Positions 35,951-50,242 of a stretch of DNA of 64,000 bases are shown here, one piece after another. Both the position numbers and the translations under genes were made by a program. The notes below the pieces were generated by a model, which saw only the letters and a program-made list of their open reading frames with translations, did no database searches and was not told the origin of the DNA. Source of the stretch: Thalia democratica (taxonomy: Eukaryota); the NCBI GenBank assembly GCA_965202585.1, contig OZ241830.1:59892001-59956000 (forward strand), in the 5' to 3' direction. Within the stretch, counting starts at the first letter, position 1. Every line of letters starts with the position of its first letter.

Positions 35951-38689
35951 TACGTCAAAAAAAAGCTAGCAAATAAAAATTGTTTAAATAATAGCTTAGG
36001 TTGTTACCGAATAAGTAAATGTAAAAGCAAATATTTTAAATTTTTTAATATACTTTGATTTAGAAAATATTTATATAACTTTTAAAACGACTTTTTTTTT
36101 CAATTGTAGAATGGTTTTAAAGATTGCCAGCAAATAAACTCTGCGATTGTGTATAAGAATAATAGTTACAAATTAAAACTATAAGATTAAAATATTTTTT
36201 TGAATAGGATTTATTTGTATTAAAACAACGGCTTTTTTTATGCACAACCTTCATTCTATTTACTAAAATTTTATTTCAAAATTTTATTTTTTTATTAAAA
36301 CTCATCAGTTTCTACAAAAAGTAAAGATCTTTCGTATTCTAACTTAAGTATAAACATGTTGAAAACGCTAAAGTATTACTATACTTTTAAATAATTATTT
36401 TAGATGCAACTATTTAAACTTATTTTGTTACTACCAATTAATTTATGCAAAAAGTATACACAGAAGTTTAAATAACCTTCATTATGTTCAAGAATATTCT
36501 GCTCGCTGTATAAAAACAGTTAATTTTTTATGTTTCATTTCAGGTTTGAACACTTTTTAGGTAATTATTAGAACACCAAAATTTATTAAACAACTGATTA
36601 CAAAAATTACAAGAAGTAATATTTAGATTTTAATCGAATTTTAAACTGTAAAAAATGAATAAGTACATTAGTATCAATTAAAACTTAATTGAAAAATACA
36701 AGCATGCTCTTACGTTAGACGTAATAGCGTGCAATTAATTTTTTACAATTTCTAGAAAACAACCAGCTACTGTGTTAAATAACAACAATCTTAACTAGAA
36801 CTTTATTACATGTTTTCTTTTACTATAACTTATTCACACTTTCTTTGTCTTACTGAATTTGAGTTAAAAATAAACAAAAGTTTGTACTAAACAATAAAAA
36901 CATTAAGGCTTGTTGTGTTTGACAACCTTCTGTTCAAAATTTTAAACGAAAACACTTATAAAACAATAAAGATTGAAATGCTACAAACATTTAGCTTATA
37001 CCTGAAATCAATTTAAAGACCTTTCGTTTAAAAAACATTTGTTAAAAAACTACTGATGAAATATTTTTTTTTAAATAAAGGCGTCTAACTAACTGTAAAA
37101 ACAATATTTTCCATTTTTATGTACTTAACTTCTGTTTGTTTGAAAATATTTATGCTTGAGTTTTTTTTTTTAATTTGATAAATAAAAACTAAAAATTAAA
37201 AGTCTGGGTGTTGATACTTTTATAAGTAGAAAAATATTTTTATTTTAAACTTTACAGTATATAAATTTTTTCAGCGTCAAAACTTAGTTTATTTAACCGG
37301 GTGTTTTTTTTTTAATAGTTATTTTAGATATGGTCCCTTAAACAACTTATAAATATTTTAGTTGTCGGAATTTGAATTATAGTCATTTGAAATTTAATAT
37401 AACTATACGTTATATTCTTAGTTAGTTATAAACATCAATAGAGCTAGCTTGAGTTAATCAACCAAGTATAAGTAACTTACAAGTACTTCTGCTGATTGTA
37501 TGTGTAAAAGTTCTGGTCAATATCAAAGTAAACTATGTAAAAAAAAATCTTACAAAACTTATATTAGACATTTACAGATGATTAAATCGTTCTGCGGCTT
37601 AATAAACGAAAGTCAAGTTTGCATTACTAATAAGAGGATTAACTTAAGGATTACTTAACTAAATGCTTTATTTAACGTAAATAAACACGAAATGTAGTTC
37701 TGCAAACAAAAAAAATCACAGTACAAAGTATTTTAACAAAGCCTAATAGTAATTTAAGAAAATAGACTGAGTTTTTAGAGTTCAAAAGACAACAAACAAG
37801 TAAAAAACTTGCTTTATTATTTCAGCTAGTGTTTTGTCTTATGAACTAAATTAGTATTTTAAAGCTTACGATTTAAGTTTTCAAACCGTTATTAACAATA
37901 TTTGAAACTTTGTTGTTTTAGTAGATAGTCAATTTGTCAGTAATTTTGTTCTCAAAGTTCATGTTAAAAATTTAAAACAAAGACAGTAACATTATTGTTT
38001 ATTGTGCATTGTACTTTGTTATTAGTTTATTAGTTATTTTTAAAAAATGATTAGTTTTAAGCTTTTCAAAATTAAAAAAAAGGTAATAAAAAAGAAGTAA
38101 CAGAAAAGTAAGTTTGAAAATGTAAGTTCAGTAAACTAAGTTTGAAGTATTAACGACATCATAAATGTAATTAAATAAAGTTTTTAGTACGCTTTAGTTT
38201 TTGTTTCCAAAAGGTAATAACATTAACAACAAATAACAAAGTAGTAGAAGGAATACGAATATTTTCATTTTTTTAAGTCGAAACAGATAGTTTAAGATGT
38301 AGTTTAACAGTACATTAACTTGCTGCATTTGTAAAACAGTATGCTAATTTATGTAAACAATATGAAGTAGCTTAGGTGTAAATTTTTAATTGTTTTATAA
38401 TATGAATTGCAACTAAACTGAATTAAAGAATTAGAAAATAGTTTATTAATAAAAAAACTTTCATAGGTATTTTGTAATGTTACTAAAAATTCTAAACCTT
38501 AAGTTAGCAAACATTTACAAAGACTATCCTAAGCAAACAAAAGTATTGTGTAAGCATTCTTAAAACATTTATCATATGTAAAATAGGACTTCAGTAGTAA
38601 AGTGAGCTTTCTTAAGCAGAACTTTGTAGTTTTTTTACTTAAATGAATTTGTTTTTAATCTTAATTATTTGAAGTTTTTACTTTAATTT

Positions 38690-39310
38690 AGATAGCTTAG
38701 TAACATTATACACAAGCTCACTAGCTAATATGTTTAAAAAATTGTTTTTATGAACAGGTAAAAAGTGTAATTTAGAAACAGGTATATATAAATGTTAACC
38801 TTAAACGTAAACTATACTTTATTAAATTTATAAAACAAAATCCTTTTAAAACTTGGAAAACATTTCTGCTAAACTGTTATTGAATATATTTTTTTCCATA
38901 TAACTTAGTAACACTTTATACAGTTTTAACAATTGGTATTTGTTTAAAATGTAATTTTGATGAACAGAAAATGTGTGAACTTTAGAAACAAGTATGCATA
39001 AATGTTAAGCAATTTAAAACTTAAATGTAAAGCATGCGTTATTGTATTAATTAAAACTATGTTTTTTAGGAACAATTAATTGTTTTTTAACTTTTACATA
39101 ATATTTGGTGTTCAGATAACTTAATAACATTTTAAAGAGTTAAAGTATTTTGTATTTGTTGAAAGTGTTTTTTTTTAATAACATGAAAAAGTGTAAAAAT
39201 TAGAAAAAGTATACACCAATATAAACCTCAAGCGTAAAGCAAGCTTTATATCAAAACACGCTTCAGTAAATATAAAAGAAGAAGAAAATATACTATGCTA
39301 TGGAAAAAAT
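38690..39310 (+). repeat. Three ancient tandem copies of a unit of about 210-220 bp
   Basis: Recurring blocks A(G/A)CTTA(G/A)TAACA, GTGT(A/G)A..TAGAAA(C/A)A(G/A)GTAT and T(T/C)AA(A/G)(C/T)GTAAA at a spacing of about 210 nt (near 38700, 38910 and 39120). Confidence 0.55.
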
Positions 39311-39726
39311 AGAGTGTAAACATTACGTTGTTTTCGTGAAAGACTTTACCAAAATTTTTATTTGTTTTTTTTTTAAGTTTACTCTAGTTTTTTGTTTTTA
39401 ACACTGTGAGTATATACACTTAGATTATTTAGAAAAATTTCTTAAATTTATAAACTTAATGTATGAAAGTTTGAACAAATTTGAATAAGCACAAGACAAA
39501 TGAAAAATTTGAAATTATTTTTTATCATAAGTTTAAGTTTCTATGAACATTAACAACTTTAAAAAAAGTATTATAAATGAAAATATAAAGTTACATAGCA
39601 CAAAAAAAAACAAAAAAATAGATCTTTGCATTTTAAGTATAGTAACAAATTAAAGCCTTAAATGGTAAAATGCTACCAACGCAAGTACTGTTGTTTATTA
39701 AAGGACAAAAATAAAATCTCTGAAAG

Positions 39727-39817
39727 TATTCGGTCCTGGGACATGGTGCACGAAAAAACCTTTCGGTTATCAAGTTACACAATACTCGGATACCTTTTAA
39801 CGTCTTGTCCAGGGCAT
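39727..39817 (+). repeat. Dispersed repeat family A, copy 2
   Basis: GGTCCTGGGACATGGTGCACGAAAAAACCTTTCGGTTATCAAG...CGTCTTGTCCAGGGCAT. Confidence 0.8.
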
Positions 39818-41765
39818 GTATTAAAGATTTATAAAAGTTTTAGTTAAGAAATGACTTAAACTAGATTCAAAGATATGTTAAAGTGCTTTCGTTATTTAAG
39901 AAGTTTAGTATTAGTTTGAAAGTTAATTGATAAAAAATTTAAATCAATACTTTTTACCTAATATAAATTATAGTAAATTTTTCACAGTAATATACAATGA
40001 ATGTTTTAAAAACTAGTTAAACAGTTTAAATATGTTTTAATAAGCTTTACTTCAATTTTTGCTGTTTTAACTTTTATACACTTTGAATTATAAAGACTGT
40101 CTATGTATAGAGTTAAAACTAGTAATTTTGTTTTAAAACAGACTGTTTGGTTAGAAATCTTAATTTTTTATTTATATATTTTAGTAAAAGCAAAATGTTT
40201 AATTAAGTTCATGAAACTATTTTTTATTAAATTTATTTAGTGTATTGCTCTTTTAAAATGCTGCTCTATTTTCAAACAATAAAAAATACCTAATAATACT
40301 TCTACTAATTAAATACATTTACAAACTAAATCTTTCTAAAGGTTTATGTATTTATACATATCTACCTTTTGTGTTTTGCTTGCTATGATTATATTTTATG
40401 TGAAGCATTATAGCTTAAAAAAACTAAATTTAATACTTTTAATTTTAAATGGCTGTTTTGTCATAGTATTAGATAATCAATTTTTTACTTGATATATCTT
40501 TAGTACTTTTTTAGTATAGTTTTTTTTTTTTGATACCGTTTATAACTATTTTTTTAAAGTGTTCTTAAGCGTCTAATGTTTAAAAAAATACTTCTTTTTT
40601 TGTATTAAGCTTTTTAGAGTAACCTTTGTAAACTGTATTATGTGCGTTTAAAGTATTTTTTTAGGTTATTAGTATTAGTCAATAGTTACTAGGTTTTATT
40701 TCATAAACTTACTTTGGCACATCGTCACCTTCTCCTCTACATATTTCTTTGTAATATTTAATAAACTAATATATTTTTACTAATTGTAATCAATTAAGTT
40801 ATTTCTTTAGAAAACAACTTTTAAACACTAGCATTTAAGTTTGATAAAAATTTTCTATCTTATAAAAAGTCAAAACGCTCTTAAGACTTTTCTGATAACA
40901 TTTAAATGATATGTTTTTGTTTGATTTTGAACTTTAATTTTATAATAATAATAAATAAAAAATTTATTAAAAACCATTATTCAACTTGTTTTTTTTTAAC
41001 TTTTTTATCTAAGACTTGATTACAGTGAAAAATATAAACCAAACTGTAGCATTTTTATTTCGAAATCTTATTTTTATGAACAGTATAGTAAACAAAGTAG
41101 CTAATACAGTAAAAAAGCACAAGCAATTCCGTACTCAACATATTTTGCTTTTTCAAACAACCAAAAACACCTATACACTTTTTAAAAGCTTGTCTTAAGT
41201 GTTAATTTTTTACATACTGTTTAAATGCTTACTATACTACAAGATGGTAAGAAATATATTGATATTATTGCTATGTATCAAATTTTATTTACTTTCACAT
41301 TGTAACTGCATAAAAATTGCTATAAGTTTATTTAGTTTCTATGTAATATAACTACGATAGAAACACGTTAAAACTCAATGATTGTGTTATAAGAGATAGT
41401 TGTGACAGATATAGAACGATGCTTAGAAATTATTTATTAATCTCAAGGATATGAAAATAGTAAGGGGCTTTACATTTAAACTAGGATGAGTGCCTTATGG
41501 ACGTCTTACAGACAGTATTTTTCAGTGCAAGTCTAAAAGCATCCTATTTATCATATCAGTTTCTTTTAATCAAAGTATTGTGATATAATGCTTGTATAAA
41601 ATAATGTGCATTAACACTCGTTTTGATAATTTTTTTCAAAACTTAATTTTATAACAGTATATCACTACAGTTTAAATAGTTTAACTTGTATGCTTATAAA
41701 ATATTACATTAAATAATTTCTAATACAGTAAAAAATATAGTTTGTAATTTACAGTTAACTTTTTA

Positions 41766-41892
41766 ATGTCCTGGACAAGACGTTAAAAATTATCCAATTG
41801 GTGTGCGACTTGATAACCGAAAGGTTTTTCGTGCACCACGTCCTTGGACCAAATATTTTGAATTTTTTTTTTCGTCGTTCAATAAACAATAG
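41766..41892 (-). repeat. Dispersed repeat family A, copy 3 (inverted)
   Basis: Its reverse complement aligns over about 125 nt to 19140-19261. Confidence 0.8.
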
Positions 41893-42149
41893 TATTTTTA
41901 ACTCCTAATATTCAAATAAATTTAACTTAAATTAAAATCCAGAGTTTTTTGTTTAAAAGTTTTAAATACAACTAATTTTAATTTAGGCTTTACACAACTT
42001 ACTGCGAATAATTATTTATAATATTTTTTTAAAGATAAAATAACCTTTAAGGGAAGAAGTTTAAATATGTTATTGAGTCTTCTAAAATCTTAATAAAAGT
42101 ACTGTATTTATACTTTTATGATAACTACCATTCACTCTTTTTAACATTT

Positions 42150-42177
42150 ATTCTAACTGCCATCAACCATTCTTCAG
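42150..42177 (+). promoter_or_regulatory. Branch point plus 3' splice acceptor 25 nt upstream of the MARVEL-1 ATG
   Basis: TTATTCTAAC...AACCATTCTTCAG|AAACTATAA; the same arrangement precedes paralog 2. Confidence 0.6.
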
Positions 42178-42202
42178 AAACTATAAATTTGTACCCTCAA
42201 AC

Positions 42203-42990
42203 ATGGAACCAAGCTCACAACCAACAGGTCAATCATCAGCTGCGGCAACAACCACTCGTCACTCGCTCATCACATTCAACATCACTTTCATTAAGTCACT
42301 ATCTTTCCTGCTCTACATAGCCGAGTTTGTGTTTGGTTTGCTGTCTTGGGCGTTAGTCGCAAATCCCATCTTCCATGGAGGCTGGTACGCCTTTCTGATG
42401 TTTGTTGGAGTAGTCGCATGGCTTCTGACAATGTAAGTAACTTACTTATTTTGATAATTTTAAAATACTAAACTCAAGAAATTCTATGCTTTAGCTTAGT
42501 TCATTGTTTCAAAATTTGTCTCTACTTTAGCATTAAAATGCGTGGAAAACTTGTTAGTTTTCAATAAGTTACTGTTTTATTTACTTCTTTAACATTTACA
42601 AAACTTACAGCTCAAAAAGTATGCTGTCAGCTGTTCTAGTTAGATTAAAACGATTAAGAATAAAAGTTTACATTGGTTTAGATACTTTTTAATTTGTTCT
42701 AGTACTGTAAAATTAGCTATAGAAACATTTCCAGCATTTGGTTGGTGCTTCAAGTTTTCGGCTTCACAGTGGAGCAGTTATCATCTGCACCTTGGAATGT
42801 CATTGAATTTGTGTACCATGCCTTCTGGTCTGTAATGTACTTTGTAGCTGCCATTATCATCAGCACAAAAGCAAGCGGTTACTCGAAACACCAGGCAGCA
42901 GCTGCTTTCAGTTGGTTCACAACATTTTGCTACGTAGCTCACACCATTGTCAGCTTGAAAAACTGGAGAGGCAGCTTTCCGTGGCAATAA
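42203..42990 (+). CDS. MARVEL-domain four-TM protein (plasmolipin/MAL/CMTM-like), paralog 1, 161 aa; exons 42203-42432 and 42735-42990
   Basis: ATG start, GTAAGT donor, phase-2 intron, CCAG acceptor. Four hydrophobic segments with MARVEL-like motifs FIKSLSFLLYIAEFVFGLLSWALV, PWNVIEFVYHAFWSVMYFVAA and AAAAFSWFTTFCY. Confidence 0.9.
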
Positions 42991-45719
42991 AAGTTAGATC
43001 GTGTCTATTCATGCTATTTTTTCACTAATCCTTTTGAAGCTTAATACATAAAATCGAAGTAGTATTAGCTTGTATTGAATTTTATCATGGTTGTGTATGT
43101 TCTATAGTTATTAGCTAAACATTTTAAAAACGTTGCTAGTAATTTAAATGATTTTTTTTTAATGTTAATACAAAAAAAAAATTAAAAGTTTTGTTAACAT
43201 TTAATTAGCTTATTACAATGCTTAAATAGTCCAAACTAGCTTGTTGGAACATATTAAACGGTTGCTCAATGCTTACTAATAAAGTCCTGACAATTCAAGT
43301 TCAGAGAACTTAAACTGTAAAAGTTCTTACTTTTTGTAATTTTTTTTCTAATATACATGTTTTTTTTTACTATTTTAATATTGTTAGAACTACATGAACA
43401 TTTTTTTATTTCAAGTGTTTGACTTCTTTTGAAATATGGTTAAATACATTTTTTTAAACTTTTTAACTTAGATGCGGCCCTAAATTTTTATTTATAAAAG
43501 TAGAACTTGTCAGATCTTAAGTTGTCGCTTTTTAAATAGTCATGTAAGTATGTTTAACCATCTCTCATTTTATGCTTTTTTTTGTAGTTTTTGATTTTCT
43601 AGTTTTATATTTTGAGACAAAAAATGTTTTGATGCAGTTTAAAATACATTTAGAAAACTAAAACCGATAAATGTGTACTTTAAGCTTTTGATAATAAGTT
43701 AAACTGTATAAAATGAAACAGGCATTGAAAATTGAATTGTTCGTTTTATAGTAACCTGTACTGATGAAAAAATATATTAAGTTTTACAGCTGTAAAACTA
43801 TTTTGAATTTTCTATAGTACTGAATAATAAAAGTATTTTAAGAACAGTTTACATAAAAACTACTTTTCTTGAAAATCATTAAAAACTATTTAGTTTACAG
43901 TGTGTAGTCTAAAACACAAAATAGTTTTTTGTGCAGCTAAATTGACCGTAAAGTATAAATAAACTGTTAAGAAAACCAAATACAAAGTATAAATCATTCT
44001 AGTATTCGCTTATAGTAATTTTGTTGTTTACTGTAATGTAAGTTTCAAAGTTTTTCACTTGTAATGGGAACACTCAATACTCACCGTACACTATAGAATG
44101 TTTTATGGTATGTGCACTTTTTTTTACTACTTTGCTGTCTTGTTTAAAATATATAAATCAAGTTTTAAAATTGTTAAATTTTAACAAAAGTTTATTTATA
44201 CTCAACTTACGTTCCTTTTTTGTTTTAATTACAAGAATTAACTATGTTTCATTAAAACTATTGGTTTATGTATTTAATCAACTCAAAATCAAATTAAAAA
44301 AAAGTTGCTTTTTATATACAAATACGTTTTTTAAGTTTCTTTTGCTGCAATTATAAAATAAATCTTTTTTTTAGCTAAACTTATGTTTAGTTTTAGTTTG
44401 TATACGTTATTTTTTAAATTGTTTATTACTTTGTAATTTTAATTATTTGTTTTATTTTCTATGCAGCTTTTACACATTCGATTTAAAATCTTTAATTGAA
44501 TTGAATGCTTAACAAAAGTTATTAAGTACAATTTATAAAGTTAAATTGGTTTTTAATATAAAGTGATATGTCAATTTTGAGTTAAAAAACAGCTGTTACA
44601 CTTAACACAGAAATAAAAAACTATATATTTTAGTCTAAAAGCAAAAATATTAGAAGCAAAAAACTAATCTACAAGAAATTAAATTTATAAGTACGCTTTT
44701 TTTTGATAGTGTGATTTTTTATTGCTTTTTTTGATTTATTTTATCACATGTTTCTTACTTTAAAGTAGAGCTTTTCAAAACACTATCTATAGCCTGCGTA
44801 GAGCTTTAAAGCAAGTATGACTTATTCATCATAAAAGGCTGCATGTCAAAACTTTATACTTTAAAACTTTGTATCAATCTGCTGTACGTCAAGATACAAT
44901 ATTTTGAAAGTAAATGAAGCATACACTGTTAAGTTCCTCTTATAGTTTTTTAACTAGCACGCGCTTTACTAAACCAGCATTTTTTTTCAAAAGTTGCTAC
45001 TCGTTAGTTATTGTACGTGTTATTTTTACAGTGTCAAAAACATTAACCAGTAAGCAAAATATGGTTGAAAAATTGTTTACAACAGAAAACAAAAGTTTAA
45101 CTTTGTTTTTTTTTTACGCAAAACGACAAGTATATATACGTTCTAACTTTTAATTAAAATCTAAAAGGCGGCTAATAAAAAGTGCAGTAAATGCAATTAG
45201 TCGCAAACAGATTGTTTTAATTTATAATTCATTTGTTTTATTTGTTGCAGTTCTTTTTATCGAATCAAAAATCAAACTTTTCTTGTAAAAAAAATGACAG
45301 TACAATTGTTTTTCGTTCGAGCATGGCTTAAAACCAGGTGTTATTTTTTTTGTTTTCACAAAAAGTTATTTGTTATAGTTTAGAAACAAAAAATATTTAA
45401 AAGACCTCAGTTATGTAAATTTTGTTTTAAAATTTCATTAAATACTAAAAACAGTTTTATTAATAAGCTACTCATTACTTATAGAATTCAAACAATTTTT
45501 TGAAGAGTTTTTTTTTATATCTTGTAAATTTACATCAGCTAATAATTTGAGCTAAAAGTTTTTGTTTAAAAAACTATGATATCATAGATTACTTGTTACT
45601 TGTTTTAATTGTATTATAAAGTTAATAAATTTGGTAAGTACATTTTATAAATAAACTCATTTGTTAAAATAGTAGGCTGGCTCGTATATTACCTTACTTT
45701 AAAAAAGCTTTAGTTTCAA

Positions 45720-46350
45720 CTAGGTTTCTCCAAAGGAGTCTATATTGCCTATTTCTGGGCAATTTTAAAAGTCGGGGGATCGCTAGTATAGGAGAGAAAG
45801 GGGCTGTTTTAAAATTCTAGGCAGTTAAATAATTTTCCCGATTTCTTTTCTACTTTTTCAATTTTAGTTTCTTTTAAATATTCAACCCTAACGTAAGGTT
45901 TAAATCAGAGTTTTCTTAATTGTTCGCTACCAAGGGGCAACAACTAATAAGGCGGCGATATAGCAGTTTTGTTTTATATTTTTTCCGAAGGGGATGATCG
46001 TGATATTGAGTTTGAAAAGCCTTGTTTAAACTTATTACTAATAATCAGAAAATGTCATCATAAAAAGATAACACCTTCGCCCAAGTTGAATCAAGTTCAA
46101 ATACAAGTACTGATGGTTTGAAAACAGTATTAAATACTAATTTTACCAGAACGATTATGTTCAAACTTAGGCATACAAAAGTAGACAACATCGCTCTTGG
46201 GTGTGATTTTGGTTTTCAAGGGGCAATAATTAGTAAAGCATTGAATAATTAATTGGGTAATTAACTAGTAAACAAGCGATAAATGTTGTTAGGGACGATT
46301 ATTACTTTTCTATTTATGCCAAGGAAGTTATTATGAAGTTTAAGAAACTA
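45720..46350 (+). repeat. Degenerate repeat B, longer copy (probable old DNA-transposon remnant)
   Basis: GC-richer island with internal repeats CAAGGGGCAA(C/T)AA.TA.TAA and similarity to 35785-35950; no ORF. Confidence 0.4.
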
Positions 46351-47129
46351 TAGTTATTTAGTTTCAAATTAGTAAACATTTACGTAGATACTGTTTCATA
46401 ATGTATTTATGAGTTTAGTCTTGGACAATAACTATGTAAACTATTTAGTATATTTAAGAGTACAATGAAACTTTTAAAAAGATGTAAGTAAAAATTAAAA
46501 TTGATTTCGTTTCGTTAAAGTTTTGTATCTTTTGTTATTTGTTAATGTTTTCGTTTTTAAACTGCTATAGTTTTTTCTAAAGTCTCATTTTTAGTTTTGA
46601 ACACTTTTTAGAACAAAATACTTAATTATTAAATTTAAACTAGACTTATTTTAGTTGACATCATTATTTTCATCTTTTTTAGTCAAAACAAAAATGACTT
46701 AAATAGTACTTTTAGGAACATAATTGCCAATATAGTTTTTTTTAAGTATAAATTTGTTTATAATACAAAAACAAATATAAAAGCTTTTTGCTCAGTATCT
46801 ATTTTTGATTTTATTCATAATTAGAATTACTTATTATTTAAGAAACTTGAAAAGCTGTTAAGACAAACATAACATTCAAGATTAATGTCTCATAAATCAA
46901 TTTATTTATTAGTAATCGACAATAAAGTTTGTATAATAGCCTTGAAAACTAAACTTTTATCACTTTTTTGTCTGTTTTACTTTTAATGCTCTTCATTTTA
47001 AAGCACAATTTTTATCCGTCAAGCTTAATGAAAACCTTGAGCTCACTTACACATTGTGGTCGTTTTTTTAAACATTTCTTAGCGTCCGTAACTACTAATT
47101 CAATTACCATCGGTTTCGGTATATTATTT

Positions 47130-47225
47130 CCTGCTTGGCGGCATGAGCTACAACCGTCTGCCATATTCTACAGTTTCTTAACTTAAAACAAAAAGTCTTT
47201 CAAAAAACTACGAGGTGGCTTAAAG
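47130..47225 (+). repeat. Diverged repeat C, copy 1 (copy 2 at 52745-52838)
   Basis: GAGCTACAACCGTCTGCCATATTCTACAGTTTCTTAACTTAAAACAAAAAGTCTTTCAAAAAACTACGAGGTGGC aligns without gaps to GGGCTACTTCAATTTGCCATGTTCTTCAGTTTATCAACTTCAAACAACTAGTCTCTCAAGAAGTATGAGGTGGC. Confidence 0.65.
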
Positions 47226-47810
47226 ATTAAAAACAGTTACAACTGTTTTTTGTTGTTTTGTTTCACGAGTTCATTATTCTAAAATGTGAGAATTAGTTGC
47301 CGTAAAAAAACTGGTAACTTTAATTTAAACCTATGAAGAACATTTAAGTTATTCTTTTTAGTCAGTTTCATACTCTATATAACTGAAGGTTTTTAAAAAA
47401 CATCAAAATCTTATTTAAATTTGCTTATTAAATATAAAGTTTTTTGTTTTCTTGAGTTACCTTTTTACCTGTATAAATTTTAAACATAAATTTTTAGGTG
47501 TGAGCTGGAACACATTTTATTTAGTCTCAATTTTTAGACACTTGTAACAGGATATCAAACTGCATTTGATAACTGTTTAAACTTAATGCAAAGTTTTGGG
47601 TTAAATTGCTTGTTCATCCAAGCATTTAAGATAAAGCCCGCAAGGTAACGTGTTTTACTGATGCAATTTTGCATTTGCATACTACAAAATATTCATCAGT
47701 TGGAGAGGGTATTAATGTTAGCTAACCTTGCTGCTGATAAAATGTAGTTAAAATAGACATTTGTATTATTTGTTTTTTACTGTAATTTAACATTTTATTT
47801 TTTGTAAGCA

Positions 47811-48214
47811 CAGGGTTGCCAAAATCCTGAAATACCGGAAAACCTATAACTTGACAATACAGGCTAAAAAGACCTGTAAAAAACCTAAAACTTTTGAAAT
47901 TTTGAAAAACACCTGGAATTTTGAACAAAAATCACAAAAAAAGTCCTTGAAAAACCTAGAATTATAAACAACTTTTACATGTCAAGTAAGATAAATCTAT
48001 AGTATAGTAAAAATTTTTGTCATCATCAAAAATTATTCTTATTAAAAACACATTTAAAAAGCTTTAAGATACTTTTTAATGTTGTTATACTATTTAACAC
48101 AGTTTTTCAGTTTTTTATCTTAAACTAAATTTAAACTAAAAATAAACCCTAAAACGTGCAATTTTAAAAACCTGGAAGAGATGTTGAAAACCTGGAAAAA
48201 ATTTGGCAACCTTG
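47811..48214. mobile_element. hAT-like (Blackjack/Tip100-type) MITE
   Basis: TIRs CAGGGTTGCCA / TGGCAACCTTG with multiple internal AAACCTGGAA/AAACCT subterminal motifs. Flanking repeat TAAGCA (or TGTAAGCA if the right TIR is clipped), so TSD length is ambiguous. Confidence 0.7.
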
Positions 48215-49899
48215 TAAGCAGTATTTTCATTTAAATTCTAAGTAGTCAAATGTAACATTATTTTACACATTTCTTTAAGTATATTCTCCTAAATTTAGTT
48301 GTATTTAAAGGTTTTAACTCCGTTTATTTTAAATATTCTAAAGTTTTTATATTATTATTGTTGTTTTTTGCATGGTTCTTAAAAACAATATTTTCGTTCA
48401 CGTCATACCTACTTTTATTTAGAGTAGCCCTAAGTACTTTTTAATATAAGTATTAGTTAGGTTGTTGTTATCATTTATATAATTTATAATGTAGATGTAA
48501 TATAAACTATAACCTTACGCATTCATAATTGGACTTTCATTTCCTTTTTTTTCTCATTATTGATAAAAAAATTATTATATCTACCGTTTTAATAAGGAAG
48601 TCTATTGACATATTTTTCGTCGTAATATTTATGACAAAGTATTAACCAATTTTAACTTTATCAGTTCATTATATTGTTTTGAATATTTGAAAACAGATAT
48701 TAGTTTTGATATCTTTTTCCCTTTATGAAAAAAAAAAGAATACTTTTCATTTTTAATTTCAAATTATTTATTAAATAAAGATTTATTCTTATTGGTAAGG
48801 AAAGCGATAATATTTTGTATAGTTTGTAAACAATTTTTTTTTTAAAACTAGTATTTTGTTCTTTTAAGAAAGTAAAAAACTTTTTTTAGTTTGTGAAATT
48901 TGTTTTGATGTACAACAAACATATCAACAAACATACAACAAACATATGTTATAAACAACAATTTAAAGGTTTTACACCTTTTTAAAAACTTTTTATTCAT
49001 TATTAATACTTATTTATGTACTTTAAATTTTGTATTCGCTTAAATGATACCTTGTAAAATAAAAAACAAATTTCTATTTAAAGTAATTATGAACTAGAGT
49101 GTTTAGTAAAAACATGTCGTTAACAAAACTCTTTTCTTTTCTCTTTCTTTTAACTTATTTTTAAGCTGTTTTCATGTTAAGTTCCGTAAAAAGTTATCTT
49201 AGAAGGTTTTTCTTTTTTTGTTTCATTTTCAAGTTTTGAAACAAGTTTTTTTATTAGTTTTAGCTGAATCTAGTCTTCTTTTATAGGTTTTAGTTTTATA
49301 ATTTTTACAAAAAACTATAGTTTATATCTTACTAGTGTTATGATATCTAAAATTTTAGTATGAAGTCTTATTTTATTACTTTGTTTATGTATCATGTTTA
49401 CTTGAGTGTAATCTTTAAAAGCTGTTTTGACTTTTTTTAATGTAGTTATTCTGTGTTTTAGTATTCCAGTTATCTGTTATTAGTATTTTGATTTAATCAA
49501 ACTTAAAATATAGAAATAATATCGTAATTTATTGAGTTTAGAATTTAAATCAATAAAGTTTTGTAAAAAAACAGTTTTAATGAATTTAATCTCTGTATAC
49601 TTATATATAACTATTTTATTCTTTTTGCCTTAAAAAAAAACACTCATAGATAATGCTTAATTAAAACTGTTAATTATTCTAACTGATTGTTGATTTTTAT
49701 CTTGTTTGGTAGATCTTTAGTGAGTATTTATGACGTAGTTGCTAGACTGTATGCTCACGATTTACTTTTATTTGGTTGTTAAAATTTGTAATTGATAAGG
49801 GTTAGCCAAATATATATTACATTATACCTGAATTGACAATTTATTTGCGTCTTGGTCTCAAATTATTTTTATAAAACAAATAAAGACATATCACAGCTT

Positions 49900-50152
49900 C
49901 AAATAGAGTTCGTTTCAACCAGTGTGTCTCGTTGGGTGGAGCATTAGAGCAGATGTTCCACCTAAAAAATGAAAAACTTTTTATAATATTGGAAAACTGT
50001 TAAAACTAGTATTTTGTTGAAAAAAATTGTTATTGTAGTATTTTTATCTTACTAAACTAGTTTAAAATTTTTTTTTTTTTTTTCTTAATACTTGTAAATT
50101 TTCCGCACCCCCTAACAAAAACACCACGCGTCGCCCTTGTTTGAACGACTTT
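49900..50152. mobile_element. Possible degenerate hAT MITE just upstream of MARVEL-2
   Basis: Imperfect ends TAGAGTTCGTTTCAACC / GTTTGAACGACTTTG with GC-rich subterminal blocks; no TSD found. Confidence 0.3.
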
Positions 50153-50210
50153 GTCCAATCAATTATATAAACGTAAAACCTGAAAATCTTACAACAAGCA
50201 ACTTAGCTAT

Positions 50211-50242
50211 TTATTCTAACTCACAATAAACCATTCTTCCAG
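50211..50242 (+). promoter_or_regulatory. Branch point plus 3' splice acceptor 25 nt upstream of the MARVEL-2 ATG
   Basis: TTATTCTAAC...AACCATTCTTCCAG|AAACTATAA. Confidence 0.6.

Noticed and set aside
47051-47164. Minus-strand candidate first exon MADGCSSCRQAG...KKRPQC followed by GTAAGT
   Set aside because: No downstream exon found, and the homologous copy at about 52.77 kb reads ATG GCA AAT TGA. Treated as a repeat, not a gene, although RNA-seq could overturn this.
48911-48950. Short (CAACAAACATA)x3 repeat; also TA runs near 59575-59600
   Set aside because: Ordinary slippage microrepeats with no further structure.
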